Assembly (NCBI GenBank): GCA_963830555.1
Contig: CAWHMM010000004.1
Span: 424,064 to 488,063 of the forward strand
Reading direction: 5' to 3'
Source: an uncultured Acidobacteriaceae bacterium
GTDB lineage: Bacteria > Acidobacteriota > Terriglobia > Terriglobales > Acidobacteriaceae
Length of the DNA stretch: 64,000 nucleotides
The notes under the pieces were generated by a model that searched no databases, was not told the DNA's origin, and saw only the letters and a program-made list of their open reading frames with translations. The translations under genes were made by a program, and so were the position numbers. Position 1 is the first letter of the stretch. Every line of letters begins with the position of its first letter. This document shows positions 46,068 to 56,318 of the stretch, in pieces.

Positions 46068-49000
46068 TTATTCGAGAAGGCGAACGGGCCCGAGAAGACC
46101 GGATTCCAGAAGCGGCGAATCAGGCCGGAAGGCGTGGAAATCCGTGAACGTGTACCGCTTCGTCACGCCCGGCTGCAGATCGCCAATCATCCGGTTCGGC
46201 CACAGATTCGTCACCTTGACCTCGACGTGATTGCTCCCGGGATGAAGCATTGGGGCGATGTCTACCCGGAAGGGTGGCTTCCACAACACGCCGCCCACAG
46301 GCTTGCCGTTCACCGTGACCTCCGCCATCGCCTCGACTACCCCCAGATCAAGCAGCACCGGCGCACCTGCATGCAGCCACGCCGGCTGGACATCCACGTC
46401 TTTCGAATACACGGCCGATCCTGAAAAATACTTCACACCGGCATCGTCACTCTTCGTCCAGGACTGCAATTCCGGGAACGTCGCCTCAGCAGGAGCGCCC
46501 CGATTGGGCGCGAAGGCGACACGCCACGGGCCAGTGAAGGTCGCCAGCTCACGAGCAGGCGCCGCCGGCTGGGGCGGCCGCGGAGCAGACCGCTTCTCCC
46601 GAAAGACGACAAAGACTGAGCCCTCCGGATCCATGTGCAGCCGCACCGTCGTGATGCCATCCTTCACCGTATAGGCCGCCGGCTCTGTCTTCCCGGTATC
46701 CGGATGCCACAACTCCGGTTCCTTGCCGATGACGCGGAAGCTCGCATCCACATCGAACGCGTGCGGCTTCTGTGTCGCGACGAAATAAATCTCCTCCGCC
46801 GCAAGATGGCGATGGATGTAGACGAGGTCCTCCGGCGAGAAGCCCTTCGGAAGCGCGTACGGCACATCCTCGCCGACGTTCTCGAGCGCGCCGGAACTGA
46901 AGTCGGAACGCATGCCTTCCGCCTGCAGCACATCCTCGATGGTGCCCGAGCCGTACACCTTGCCTTTGCCGACGGGGTGGCCCTGCGCGCTGTCGCCGCT
47001 TCCCCAGATCTGGTCGGCGGTCGCCTTCAGCTCGTTCTCTGCCCCCGGCCCGTCGCTCAGGCTGGGCGAATACTCCGGCTTCGGCGCGATCAGCACGACG
47101 CCGCGTTCGACGAGCTCGTGCAGCTTACGCAACAGCGGCAGCGTCAGCGCATGAGTGTCCTGCTGGATAGCGATGACTTTATAGCTCATCCCACTGTCTA
47201 GCGTCAGCCTGCCGTCGCGGACGCTTGCGTGGTGAAGCAGCACATCCGCGTTGATGAAGTCCGTGCCGTAATGTGTCGGCAGCGCGGGCGAGAGCGGCTT
47301 CCAGAAAGGCACAGTAGCGGGCGCGCCTTCGCCATAGAAGTAGGCCACGTCGGCCACGTACCGCCCCTGCTGCAGCAGATAAGAGCACCGCGCCAGATAC
47401 GTATTCCACGCCTTCGCCTGCTCCGCCCATGTGATGTTGCGCGTGTAGTCCTGGCCGAAGGGTCCCAGCGTCATGCCCGGCTTGTGCGCGTCATCGGTAA
47501 ACGGCTGCTGGTCCGAGGTGTGAAAGACAATCCGATTCACCCCGCGGGCAAAGTTCTCGTCCGCCAGCGGCTTCAGATAAAACGGGGACTGCCCCCACGG
47601 AGTCACAATCGGCATGGTGGTAAACGATTCGGTCGCCGTCAGCGGCTTGCCATAGATGTGCGAAGCCGATGCCGCTTCACGAACATCGGCATTATGCTGC
47701 GGGCTGTCCGGCTGGCCAGGCAGCGGTGTCCAGAACTCGCCCATCGGGATCGAAACCTGGCCCTTGTTCAGCAGGCCATCGCCGGTCGTCGGAAGGTCAG
47801 TCCCCATCGCCTCCGCATACAGCCCGATGCCGTGCTGCTTGAAGTAGGCTGCAGCCACGGCATAGTGATTCTCCGCCAGCATGTCGGCGATCGTCCTGCG
47901 GAAATCCCACAGGAAGGCGTCGCTGACAGCGGCGCTTCCCACCACGCGGCCCGTCAGCACCGGCAGGTAGGGCGTCATATCGTACCCGCGGCGCTTACGA
48001 AACTCCACCATCATCTGCTCGGTCCAGTTTTCCTGCCCAGCCTCCCAGCTATCCATCAGGAAGTACTGAAAGCTCTTGCCGAAGTATGGGCCCGCCACGT
48101 CGGAGATCATCTTCGTGTACTGCTCGACGTAGGACTCGACATCCTTCCGGCTGAGCTTGTCCACTTCCGGGCCCGTCGCAGCCGGCGTCGCGGGATGGTT
48201 CACTTCGCCGGTAAGCGAATAGCCGAGCCGCAGAATCGTCCACTTGCCCGGCGGCACCTGCCAATCCAGGGTTCCATCCGGCCGCATCTTCGAGGTCAGA
48301 TCGAGCACGTCGCTGGTCTTGATCGCGCCCGCTGCCGGAGCGTTGGGCGTTGCGTCCGTGACAGATTCTGCCGATAGCCCGAAGCTGGCCTTGTCCTCCC
48401 AATACGCGACTCGCGGCGCGGACGCAAACTCAATCTCGCTGAAACGAATCGTCCGCGGCGGCGGTGCAATGCCGAAGCTGGCAAGCATGGGATTGGCTTT
48501 TACCGGCTCGGCAACTACGCGAAAATACTTCGCCGTCGTCTCCGGGAACGTGAAAGTGCGAATGGGAAACGCCACCGACGCTGTCTCTGCCGGCCCGGGC
48601 AGCGTGACCAGCGTCTTCCACGAGCTGCCGTCATCGCTTGCCTGCACCTCGCCCTTCAGCAACCCGCCACCGGTGAACTGCACCGGTGGTGGGAAGCCGA
48701 TCGTCACCGCTCGCGCATGGAAAGGCTGTTGAAACGTAAACTCCACCCATCCACTTTGGTCGTTCGCAGCCACCGGCACCGACACCGCCGTCGAGTACTT
48801 CCCGTCTGTCAACTTATCGCCGTCAATCTCGCCCGCGCTGGACGTAACGGTCGGGTGCAGATCGGCAACCCGCTGCTCGTCTTCCGGCGTGCGGTACGCG
48901 ACGACCGCAACGTCCGCGTAGTAGGGATCTACCGGCGGCCTTGGCGGTTGCGGAGGCTGCGACTTCGCTCCCGCCAGATCAGTCGCGGCTGGGAAATGCA

Positions 49001-49538
49001 GCGGCGGGGGCGCAGTCATGTCCTGAAACTTGCCGAGATTTCTGGGCGGCGCCGGCAGAGCGGCGGCGAATGCCTTCGGTCCATCCACCTCCGTCTCGCT
49101 CCAGACGTACTTCTTCATCCCCTGCGCAGGCTTCACCCACGGGCCGGCCGTTTCGCTCCATCCGCCGGAGGCCGCCATCGACATTTCCAGGTGCAGCCGG
49201 TCCGCCTCCGCGGCAGCATGATGCCACGCCGACTTCCAGTCCGGCTGCATCCAGATGAGCGGCTTGTCGACAAACAGCGGCGACCCCAGATCGCCATCAA
49301 ACATCTGGAAACCGGCGATGTTGACGCGCTTCATCCATTCGAGATCGGCCGTGATGCCCGGTTCCGTCACGTTGCCGCTCAGCCAGTGCCACCATGCGCG
49401 CGGCTTGGCCGAGTCCGGCGGATTCTCAAAGGCACCCGGGGTCGGCCCGGCGCTCGGCTGGCTCTGTGCGTCAGCGGGAGAAAATGGCAGCGGAGAAAGA
49501 GCAAACAGGGCGAGCAGAGCGGCTGCCGTTCTCTTCAC
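46068..49538 (-). CDS. secreted GH106-like glycoside hydrolase (alpha-L-rhamnosidase-type)
   Basis: 1156 aa with a signal peptide. The N-terminal block FENPPDSAKPRAWWHWLSGNVTEPGITADLEWMKRVNIAGFQMFD is characteristic of GH106-type proteins as I recall them. The C-terminus is galactose-binding-like. Confidence 0.75.
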   Translation of the reverse strand: MKRTAAALLALFALSPLPFSPADAQSQPSAGPTPGAFENPPDSAKPRAWWHWLSGNVTEPGITADLEWMKRVNIAGFQMFDGDLGSPLFVDKPLIWMQPDWKSAWHHAAAEADRLHLEMSMAASGGWSETAGPWVKPAQGMKKYVWSETEVDGPKAFAAALPAPPRNLGKFQDMTAPPPLHFPAATDLAGAKSQPPQPPRPPVDPYYADVAVVAYRTPEDEQRVADLHPTVTSSAGEIDGDKLTDGKYSTAVSVPVAANDQSGWVEFTFQQPFHARAVTIGFPPPVQFTGGGLLKGEVQASDDGSSWKTLVTLPGPAETASVAFPIRTFTFPETTAKYFRVVAEPVKANPMLASFGIAPPPRTIRFSEIEFASAPRVAYWEDKASFGLSAESVTDATPNAPAAGAIKTSDVLDLTSKMRPDGTLDWQVPPGKWTILRLGYSLTGEVNHPATPAATGPEVDKLSRKDVESYVEQYTKMISDVAGPYFGKSFQYFLMDSWEAGQENWTEQMMVEFRKRRGYDMTPYLPVLTGRVVGSAAVSDAFLWDFRRTIADMLAENHYAVAAAYFKQHGIGLYAEAMGTDLPTTGDGLLNKGQVSIPMGEFWTPLPGQPDSPQHNADVREAASASHIYGKPLTATESFTTMPIVTPWGQSPFYLKPLADENFARGVNRIVFHTSDQQPFTDDAHKPGMTLGPFGQDYTRNITWAEQAKAWNTYLARCSYLLQQGRYVADVAYFYGEGAPATVPFWKPLSPALPTHYGTDFINADVLLHHASVRDGRLTLDSGMSYKVIAIQQDTHALTLPLLRKLHELVERGVVLIAPKPEYSPSLSDGPGAENELKATADQIWGSGDSAQGHPVGKGKVYGSGTIEDVLQAEGMRSDFSSGALENVGEDVPYALPKGFSPEDLVYIHRHLAAEEIYFVATQKPHAFDVDASFRVIGKEPELWHPDTGKTEPAAYTVKDGITTVRLHMDPEGSVFVVFREKRSAPRPPQPAAPARELATFTGPWRVAFAPNRGAPAEATFPELQSWTKSDDAGVKYFSGSAVYSKDVDVQPAWLHAGAPVLLDLGVVEAMAEVTVNGKPVGGVLWKPPFRVDIAPMLHPGSNHVEVKVTNLWPNRMIGDLQPGVTKRYTFTDFHAFRPDSPLLESGLLGPVRLLE

Positions 49539-49704
49539 AGGAGGGTCCTCCAGGTGCGATGATGCATTCGGCCATCTTTCAATAGAGATGAAGTCTTGCT
49601 ATTGAATGCGCCCTAACCTATACCGGGAAGCTGCGACCCTTGTAAAGGCAAAGTTGTAAAGGACGACGAATCGCCTCGAACATCCTTATATAAAGGACCG
49701 GCCA

Positions 49705-52497
49705 ATGATCCCGCGTTCCCGCCGCAAACTGTGCCCTCACCTGCTGGCGCTGCTTTTGCTTTCGCTCTCGGGTGCTCGCGCGCAATCCTCGCCCGATGCG
49801 TTGCGGCAGGCTTTCGCCAACCCTCCGGACAATGCGCGAATCATGATGCGCTGGTGGTGGTTCGGCCCGGCGGTGACCAAACCCGAATTGCAGCGCGAAC
49901 TCGAGCAGATGAAGGCTGCAGGGATTGGAGGCGTGGAGGTCGCCACGCTCTATCCGCAGGCGCTCGACGACCCAGCAACCGGCTTCCAAAATGAGCGCTA
50001 TCTCTCCGACGAATACATCGACGACCTCCGGTTCGCTGCGCAGCAAGCAGCCCGTCTCGGCCTGCGCATAGACATCACGCTCGCTAGCGGATGGCCGTTC
50101 GGGGGTCCCGCGATTCCGGTCGCGCAGGCCGCGGGCGAACTGTGCGTGGAGCGCGTGCCGGTCGATCCCGGCGTGCGATCTGTCATCGCTCCCGCTACCG
50201 AGTCCGGCGAAAAGCTCCTTGCTGCCTTTCTCGTGCCCGGCCAAAGCGATATGAATCTGCGCGATGCGAAGCCTGCGCACGAAGTGCGAGATGGACGACT
50301 CGATCTAGATCCCCAGCAGCAGCCCCGCACTGCGCTCTTTTTCTTTTCCAGCCGTACTGGAATGACCGTCAAGCGTCCGGCCATCGGCGCGGAAGGATTC
50401 GTGCTCGACCACTACTCACAGCAGGCCATCGACACCCATCTGCACGCTGTCGGCGACCGTCTGCTGCAGGCCTTCAACGAATATCCTCCGTATGCCGTCT
50501 TCTGCGACAGCCTGGAGGATTACGGCTCCGACTGGACGCCGGACCTGCTCCAAGAATTTCGCACTCGACGCGGTTACGACATCACGCCCTACCTGCCGGC
50601 GCTGGTCGGAGACGCCGGCCCGGACACCGCGGCCGTCCGCCACGACTGGGGCCGGACGCTGACCGAGCTCGCGAACGAGCGATTTCTTGAGCCGATGCAC
50701 GCCTGGGCCCGCGAGCACGGCACGCTGCTGCGCGCGCAGGTCTATGGCTATCCGCCGGTTACGCTTTCCAGCAACCGCTACGCGGACCTGCCCGAAGGCG
50801 AAGGCAAAGCTACCATCAACATGTGGCGCGAATTCTCTGACACGCGCTGGGCCTCCTCTGCCGGACACCTCTTCGGCAGCAACGTCACCTCCTCTGAGAC
50901 CTGGACGTGGCTGCACTCGCCCGCATTTCGCGCGACGCCGCTTGACATGAAAGCCGAAGCGGACCTCCACTTCCTGCAAGGCATCAACCAGCTCGTAGGT
51001 CACGGATGGCCGTATTCACCAGAAGTAGCCGGCGATCCAGGGTGGCGCATGTACGCTGCCGCCGCGCTCAACGCGCACAATCCGTGGTTTTTCGCGATGC
51101 CCGATCTCACGAAGTACCTCCAACGCGTCAGCTTCGCGCTGCGTCAGGGCAAGCCCGCCAATGATGTCGCGTTGCTGCTGCCGAATGACGATGTGTGGGC
51201 CGGATTCCAGGCGCGCTATCAGAAGCACCGGTCGCCCACCTCTGCCGGCGGCTTCGATGAGAGCGGCAGCAACGTCACCATCGACGAATCCATGAAGCAG
51301 TTCCTCGGTAGCACCGTCATCCCGCAGGTGCTCGACGCCGGCTTCAATCTGGACTTCATCGATGCGGATGCGATCGACAGCGTTGGCATTCCTTATAAGG
51401 TATTGATCCTGCCCAATGTCGATCGGCTCCCCGTGAAGACCTACGAGAAGATTGAAGCCTTCGCCCAGCGCGGCGGCACCGTCGTCGCTACCCGGCGCAT
51501 GCCCGCAACCGCTCCCGGCTATCTCGATCACGTTGACGAAACACATCGCATTCAGGAGATATCTCGAACCCTCTTTCAAGGTGGCATGGCCAGCGCGCAT
51601 TTCATTGAGGACGAGAGCCGACTAGGCGCCTCGCTCAGCCAGTATCTGGAGCCCGATTTCACCACCACGCCGAGGATCCCTTCCATCGGCTTCCTCCACC
51701 GCGAGCTGGAGAACGCCGACCTCTACTTCCTGGCCAACACCAGCAACCAGCCGCAGCACTTCACCGCGCACTTCCGCTCCGTGCGAAGGCATGCCGAGCT
51801 ATGGGACGCCTCCTCCGGCGAGTTGCACGCGTTGCCACACGCACAGGACATCGCATTCGACCTCGCGCCCTATGAATCGCGCCTAATCTTCTTCTCCGAG
51901 ACGGGAGTTGCCGCCGAGCCCGTGCCGCCATCCGTCCAGATCGAGACCATAAATCTCAACACCGGCTGGGAGATAGCCTTCGAAGACGCGCCGGGAAAGA
52001 TCATCCCGATGCAATCCCTGGCATCGTGGGAGACGATGCCACAGCGGCAGTTCTATTCCGGCAGAGCGACCTATCGAAAGCAGCTCACGTTATCGGCTTC
52101 CGACCTCCGCGGGGGCTCGCTCACGCTGGACTTCGGCAAGGGCACGCCCATCCCGCTGCCCGATCCGCTGCGCGCCCCCAACATGCGCGCCTATCTTGAA
52201 AGCCCGATTCGCGACGCCGCACAGGTCTTTGTCAATGGCAAGGCCGCCGGATACGTCTGGCACCCGCCGTATCAGGTCAACATCACGTCTTTCGTTCACC
52301 CTGGTCCAAACGAAATCAAGGTTCTGGTCGGTAACACAGCCATCAACACGCTCGCCGGTCACCCGCTTCCTGACTACCGGCTGCTCAACGCGCGTTACGG
52401 AATCCGCTTCGTACCTCAGGGTATGGAGAACCTGCAGCCGCTACCCTCGGGCATGCTGGGACCCGTGAGGTTGATCGAGAATCGTCCCACACACTAG
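49705..52497 (+). CDS. secreted GH106-like glycoside hydrolase (second paralog)
   Basis: 930 aa with a signal peptide. FANPPDNARIMMRWWWFGPAVTKPELQRELEQMKAAGIGGVEV. The C-terminal end (VFVNGKAAGYVWHPPYQVNIT...GMLGPVRL) parallels that of 46068-49538. Confidence 0.75.
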   Translation: MIPRSRRKLCPHLLALLLLSLSGARAQSSPDALRQAFANPPDNARIMMRWWWFGPAVTKPELQRELEQMKAAGIGGVEVATLYPQALDDPATGFQNERYLSDEYIDDLRFAAQQAARLGLRIDITLASGWPFGGPAIPVAQAAGELCVERVPVDPGVRSVIAPATESGEKLLAAFLVPGQSDMNLRDAKPAHEVRDGRLDLDPQQQPRTALFFFSSRTGMTVKRPAIGAEGFVLDHYSQQAIDTHLHAVGDRLLQAFNEYPPYAVFCDSLEDYGSDWTPDLLQEFRTRRGYDITPYLPALVGDAGPDTAAVRHDWGRTLTELANERFLEPMHAWAREHGTLLRAQVYGYPPVTLSSNRYADLPEGEGKATINMWREFSDTRWASSAGHLFGSNVTSSETWTWLHSPAFRATPLDMKAEADLHFLQGINQLVGHGWPYSPEVAGDPGWRMYAAAALNAHNPWFFAMPDLTKYLQRVSFALRQGKPANDVALLLPNDDVWAGFQARYQKHRSPTSAGGFDESGSNVTIDESMKQFLGSTVIPQVLDAGFNLDFIDADAIDSVGIPYKVLILPNVDRLPVKTYEKIEAFAQRGGTVVATRRMPATAPGYLDHVDETHRIQEISRTLFQGGMASAHFIEDESRLGASLSQYLEPDFTTTPRIPSIGFLHRELENADLYFLANTSNQPQHFTAHFRSVRRHAELWDASSGELHALPHAQDIAFDLAPYESRLIFFSETGVAAEPVPPSVQIETINLNTGWEIAFEDAPGKIIPMQSLASWETMPQRQFYSGRATYRKQLTLSASDLRGGSLTLDFGKGTPIPLPDPLRAPNMRAYLESPIRDAAQVFVNGKAAGYVWHPPYQVNITSFVHPGPNEIKVLVGNTAINTLAGHPLPDYRLLNARYGIRFVPQGMENLQPLPSGMLGPVRLIENRPTH

Positions 52498-52514
52498 TTC
52501 GTAAGGAGACATGC

Positions 52515-52835
52515 ATGCAGCGAGTCGCATTCCTGTTGCGATTGAGGCCGGGGGCGGAGGCGGCGTATGAGGAAGCGCACCGACACGTCTGGCCGGAGAT
52601 GCTCGCGCTGCTCACACGCGCCGGCATATCGGATTACTCCATCTTCCGGCGCGGCGAGCTGCTTGTCCTCGCGATGACAATCGCGCGCGACTTCGAGACC
52701 ACCTGGCGCGAGATCGAGCGCGACCCCGTCAACACACGATGGCAACAGGCAATGGGCGAGTATTTCGCGCCTATGGATCCCACACTCCCCGGCGAGCGTT
52801 TCCCCATGATGCAGGAGGTCTTCTACCTGCCCTAG
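52515..52835 (+). CDS. rhaM: L-rhamnose mutarotase
   Basis: 106 aa. MQRVAFLLRLRPGAEAAYEEAHRHVWPEMLALLTRAGISDYSIFRRGELLV... matches the RhaM family pattern and size. Confidence 0.9.
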   Translation: MQRVAFLLRLRPGAEAAYEEAHRHVWPEMLALLTRAGISDYSIFRRGELLVLAMTIARDFETTWREIERDPVNTRWQQAMGEYFAPMDPTLPGERFPMMQEVFYLP

Positions 52836-52855
52836 CGCGCGGTGCGCTCGATATC

Positions 52856-55800
52856 CTAGTGAACTACAAAGGAGTACGCGCCTGCGTCGAGTTCATATAC
52901 CGTCTCGCCATTCGTGCCCGTGTTCGAATGTATGCGTGCGCTCGCGGCAAGCGGCTTTCCGTCGAGCGACCAGTTTGCGGCATTGCTCAGCGGCAGTTCC
53001 GCTCGCGCGTTCGCCGGGACCGTCACATCCCAGCGCGTCTCGCCGCCGTTCATCTTCCAGGCCGAGCGTATCTCGCCGTACGGCGACGCATACAAGAACG
53101 ACAACGAGCCCAACCGCGCATCGAAATTCGGATGCAGATAGATGGTATGGAAGCCTGCATCCGTCGCGCGCGCATCCACGCCCGCCCCATAGCGATAGAT
53201 CCAGTCCGCCACTGCGCCATACGCGTAGTGGTTGTAGGAATTCATGCTCGGGTCGCCGCGCATCTGGTCGCCGTTCCAGCGCTCCCACATCGTCGTCGCG
53301 CCGTGGTCCACCAGGTAGCCCCACGATGGATACTCCTTGCTCAACAGCAGCCGGTACGCGACATCTTCATGCCCGGTGTCGGTAAGCACAGCCAGCAGAT
53401 ACGGCGTCCCAAGGAACCCCGTTCCCAGCCGCCAGTTGTTCGCCTTAATCTTCTCCACCAGCCGGTCCGCAGCCTTCGCGCGCAGCGCATCCGGCACCAG
53501 ATGCATGTAGAGCGCCAGCACATATCCCGTCTGTGTGTCGGGACTTGGCGACTTGCTCGGATCGAAGATTCGTCCAAACTGCGAGGGCCCGTTTTCCGCT
53601 CCCGGAACCAATCCGTCCGGCTGCACAAACTGCTTCGCAAACGCCGTTTGTATCTTCGCAAACAGTTCCGCGTACTTCTGCTCCTCCGCTGTCTTCCCCC
53701 GCGCGTGCGCCATCTGCCGCATCAGCGTCACGTCGTACGCCCAGTACGCAGTCTGCACCAGCAGCGACTTGGTCTGCGCCTCAGGCGAAAGCCAGTCGCC
53801 ATAAGGGATGCCCGCATCCCTCCAGAGATAATCAGGATTGCTCTGCTCGATGGCTGCCAGGTATTTCGTCATCGCATCCCAGTTCTGCTCCAGGATGCGC
53901 GTGTCGCCCGACTGCAGCCACGATGTCCACGGCACGATCACGCCCGCATCGCTCCATCCCGCGGCGTGGCCGCCGTTCGATGCCGATGTGCCCGGCGCAT
54001 AGATACCGTACATTGCCGTGCCAACTTGCGTCCCCCGCAGGTCCGCCGCGAACTTCTTCGAAAACTGCGTCAGGTCCATGTTGTACGACGCCGCGCGCCA
54101 GAAGACCTCCGCATCGCCCGTCCATCCAAGCCGCTCATCGCGCTGCGGGCAATCCGTGGGCACGCCCACAAAGTTCGATCGCTGCCCCCACAGGATGTTG
54201 TCCCAAAGCTGGTTCAGCATCGCGCTGCCCGTCTCCAGCTTCGCCGTCATCGGCGCGGCCGTATGGATCACACGCGCGGTTACGATATCTGGCGATGGCT
54301 TCGATGCCAGACCAGTGATCTCCACATAGCGGAATCCATGAAACGTAAATTCCGGCTCAAACTCCTCCACGCCTTTGCCGGACAGTGTGTACTCATCGGT
54401 CGCAAGCGCCGTGCGCAGGTTCTCCGTGTAGATCGTGCCGTCCGGATTCAGCACCTCGGCAAAGCGCAGCTGTATCTTCGTTCCCGCGCGTCCCTGCACC
54501 CGCAGCGCGGGAATTGCCGCCGAGTTCTGGCTAAAGTCCAGCACATACACGCCTGGCTTTGGCTCCGTCACAGATTTCGCATGTAACTCCATCTCCACGC
54601 GGATCGGCGGATAATCCTCGGCAACAATCTCCAGTTCCTTCGGATGGATCCCCTGCGCCGGCTTCCACGCCGCATCGCTGAACCGCGCGGTGCTCCAGCC
54701 CGGCTGTTCGCGGCGCGCATCGTAGCTCTCCCCGTCGTAAATCTCCGCTTTCGCGATCGGCGATACATCTGCCTTCCAGCTCTCGTCTGTGTTCACCCAC
54801 GCAACGGAGCCATCCTTGTACTCGATGCGCAACTGCGCCTTGAGCGCTGGCGGCGTGTTGCCGTAGTTGTAGGGCTCCTGAGTCCATTGCAGCGGAGTCG
54901 TGTACCATCCCGGAGCAAGATATGCGCCGATCGCATTCTTCCCTTCTGTAACCAGTTCGGTGACGTCATAGACCTGATAGGCGACCCGCTCGCGATAGTC
55001 CGTCCAACCCGGCGCCAGTATCTGATTGCCGACCTGTTTCCCGTTGATCCAGAAGCGATACGCGCCAAGCGCGGTCGCATACAGCCGTGCCGATCGAACG
55101 CCGCCCCTGGCCGAGAAATCATGCCGCAGCATCTTCACCGATCCGGTTGGCCATGGCCTCCCCTCCGCGTCCGACGGAACTGCCGCCGGCCACGACGCAT
55201 CCGCAAACTGCAGGCTCTGCCAATCGCCGGTGGCGTTCAGCGCCGCCTTCCATCCCTCGCCGCCGCTCTTCAACACCTCGACCGAGCCGTCGCGCTTCTC
55301 GATGTACAGGCACGCGCTCATCGGCGTCTGGCTGTGGTTCTCGTGCGATTCGTCCACGTCATAGAGCGTCACATCCACGGCCAGCACATTGCGGCCCGGC
55401 TGCACCGTTCCGGTCACGTCTTGCTCAACATATTTCTTCCACGGCGTCTGCTTGTACGGCGGCAGTGGCTCCGCAGTCAGCACCTGTTTTCCATTCATCC
55501 ACGCTGCCGCCGTGTCCTTGCCCGTCACATACAGGTGCGCCGCCTTCACCGGCTGGTCCAGTACAAAGCTCAACCGAAAGTCGTGATGCGTGTCGCCAGG
55601 TGTGTTGAAGTTCTCCTGCTTTGCATTGGTGATCCACGCAGCGCCCGATTCGCGGATCGCGCGATGCTCCGGCAGCTCGTAGCCAATCCACTTCGCCTGC
55701 CAGCTGTCGTGCATCAGGCCCGTCTCCCACCACGCCGTCGCGCTCGCCGGATACGCAACGCCGTCCTTGTCCCACACCATCACGCGCCAGTAATAACGGT

Positions 55801-56125
55801 GCTCCGGCTTCAACTCCGGCCCGCTGTACGGCACGGCAACCGACTGCCCGGAGCGCACACGTCCGCTGTTCCACACATCCGCGTGTCCGGACGCCATCAG
55901 CTCCGGACGGCTCGCGACTTGAATCTGATAGGCCGTCTGCTTTGCACCCTGGCGGCTATCCTCCAGCTGCCATGACAAGCGCGGCGCAGGCGCGTCCAGC
56001 CCCAGTGGCGTCTCCAGCGATTCGCAGCGCAAATGCGACGGCGGCTGGAGCTGCTCCGCCATCATCGGAGCTGGCGCAAGAGTGAAGGTGGACATGAGAA
56101 GGAGAGCAATAAGAGAGAGACGCAT
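52856..56125 (-). CDS. alpha-L-rhamnosidase, glycoside hydrolase family 78
   Basis: 1089 aa with a signal peptide. N-terminal LRCESLETPLGLDAPAPRLSWQL...KQTAYQIQVAS and the catalytic (alpha/alpha)6 region with GVPTDCPQRDERLGWTGD are hallmark GH78 blocks. Confidence 0.9.
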   Translation of the reverse strand: MRLSLIALLLMSTFTLAPAPMMAEQLQPPSHLRCESLETPLGLDAPAPRLSWQLEDSRQGAKQTAYQIQVASRPELMASGHADVWNSGRVRSGQSVAVPYSGPELKPEHRYYWRVMVWDKDGVAYPASATAWWETGLMHDSWQAKWIGYELPEHRAIRESGAAWITNAKQENFNTPGDTHHDFRLSFVLDQPVKAAHLYVTGKDTAAAWMNGKQVLTAEPLPPYKQTPWKKYVEQDVTGTVQPGRNVLAVDVTLYDVDESHENHSQTPMSACLYIEKRDGSVEVLKSGGEGWKAALNATGDWQSLQFADASWPAAVPSDAEGRPWPTGSVKMLRHDFSARGGVRSARLYATALGAYRFWINGKQVGNQILAPGWTDYRERVAYQVYDVTELVTEGKNAIGAYLAPGWYTTPLQWTQEPYNYGNTPPALKAQLRIEYKDGSVAWVNTDESWKADVSPIAKAEIYDGESYDARREQPGWSTARFSDAAWKPAQGIHPKELEIVAEDYPPIRVEMELHAKSVTEPKPGVYVLDFSQNSAAIPALRVQGRAGTKIQLRFAEVLNPDGTIYTENLRTALATDEYTLSGKGVEEFEPEFTFHGFRYVEITGLASKPSPDIVTARVIHTAAPMTAKLETGSAMLNQLWDNILWGQRSNFVGVPTDCPQRDERLGWTGDAEVFWRAASYNMDLTQFSKKFAADLRGTQVGTAMYGIYAPGTSASNGGHAAGWSDAGVIVPWTSWLQSGDTRILEQNWDAMTKYLAAIEQSNPDYLWRDAGIPYGDWLSPEAQTKSLLVQTAYWAYDVTLMRQMAHARGKTAEEQKYAELFAKIQTAFAKQFVQPDGLVPGAENGPSQFGRIFDPSKSPSPDTQTGYVLALYMHLVPDALRAKAADRLVEKIKANNWRLGTGFLGTPYLLAVLTDTGHEDVAYRLLLSKEYPSWGYLVDHGATTMWERWNGDQMRGDPSMNSYNHYAYGAVADWIYRYGAGVDARATDAGFHTIYLHPNFDARLGSLSFLYASPYGEIRSAWKMNGGETRWDVTVPANARAELPLSNAANWSLDGKPLAASARIHSNTGTNGETVYELDAGAYSFVVH

Positions 56126-56318
56126 GCCCGGCTAACTATCTTTGGTAGACGCATTTATGTCAATAGGAAAGTTGTATGCCAGATGGAATCCGGATGAGAT
56201 TTAGGCTAAGATTCCTGCCATCCCGATCTGCAGTTCCCTGTCACGCCGCTATCGTTGATTCGCAGGGGAGGCCGCAGTTCGCGAATATAGTTTCTTTCTG
56301 TTCAGGAAAAGGACAAGC

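Noticed and set aside
52739-54586. 615-aa ORF antisense to the GH78 rhamnosidase. Similar long antisense or alternate-frame ORFs occur at 134-1102, 24101-25009, 36219-37298, 44948-45832, 47229-48377, 54644-55975 and 56631-57677.
   Set aside because: All lie inside well-supported genes on the other strand. They are extremely Arg-rich and lack any recognisable domain or RBS. They are artefacts of GC-rich codon bias.
56168-56176. Shared 9-mer AAAGTTGTA between the two divergent promoter gaps of the rhamnoside cluster, considered as proof of a common operator
   Set aside because: A rough estimate for two ~170-190-nt gaps on both strands makes a single 9-mer match unsurprising, more so in A/T-rich DNA. 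It is reported only as a weak hint under 49640-49662.
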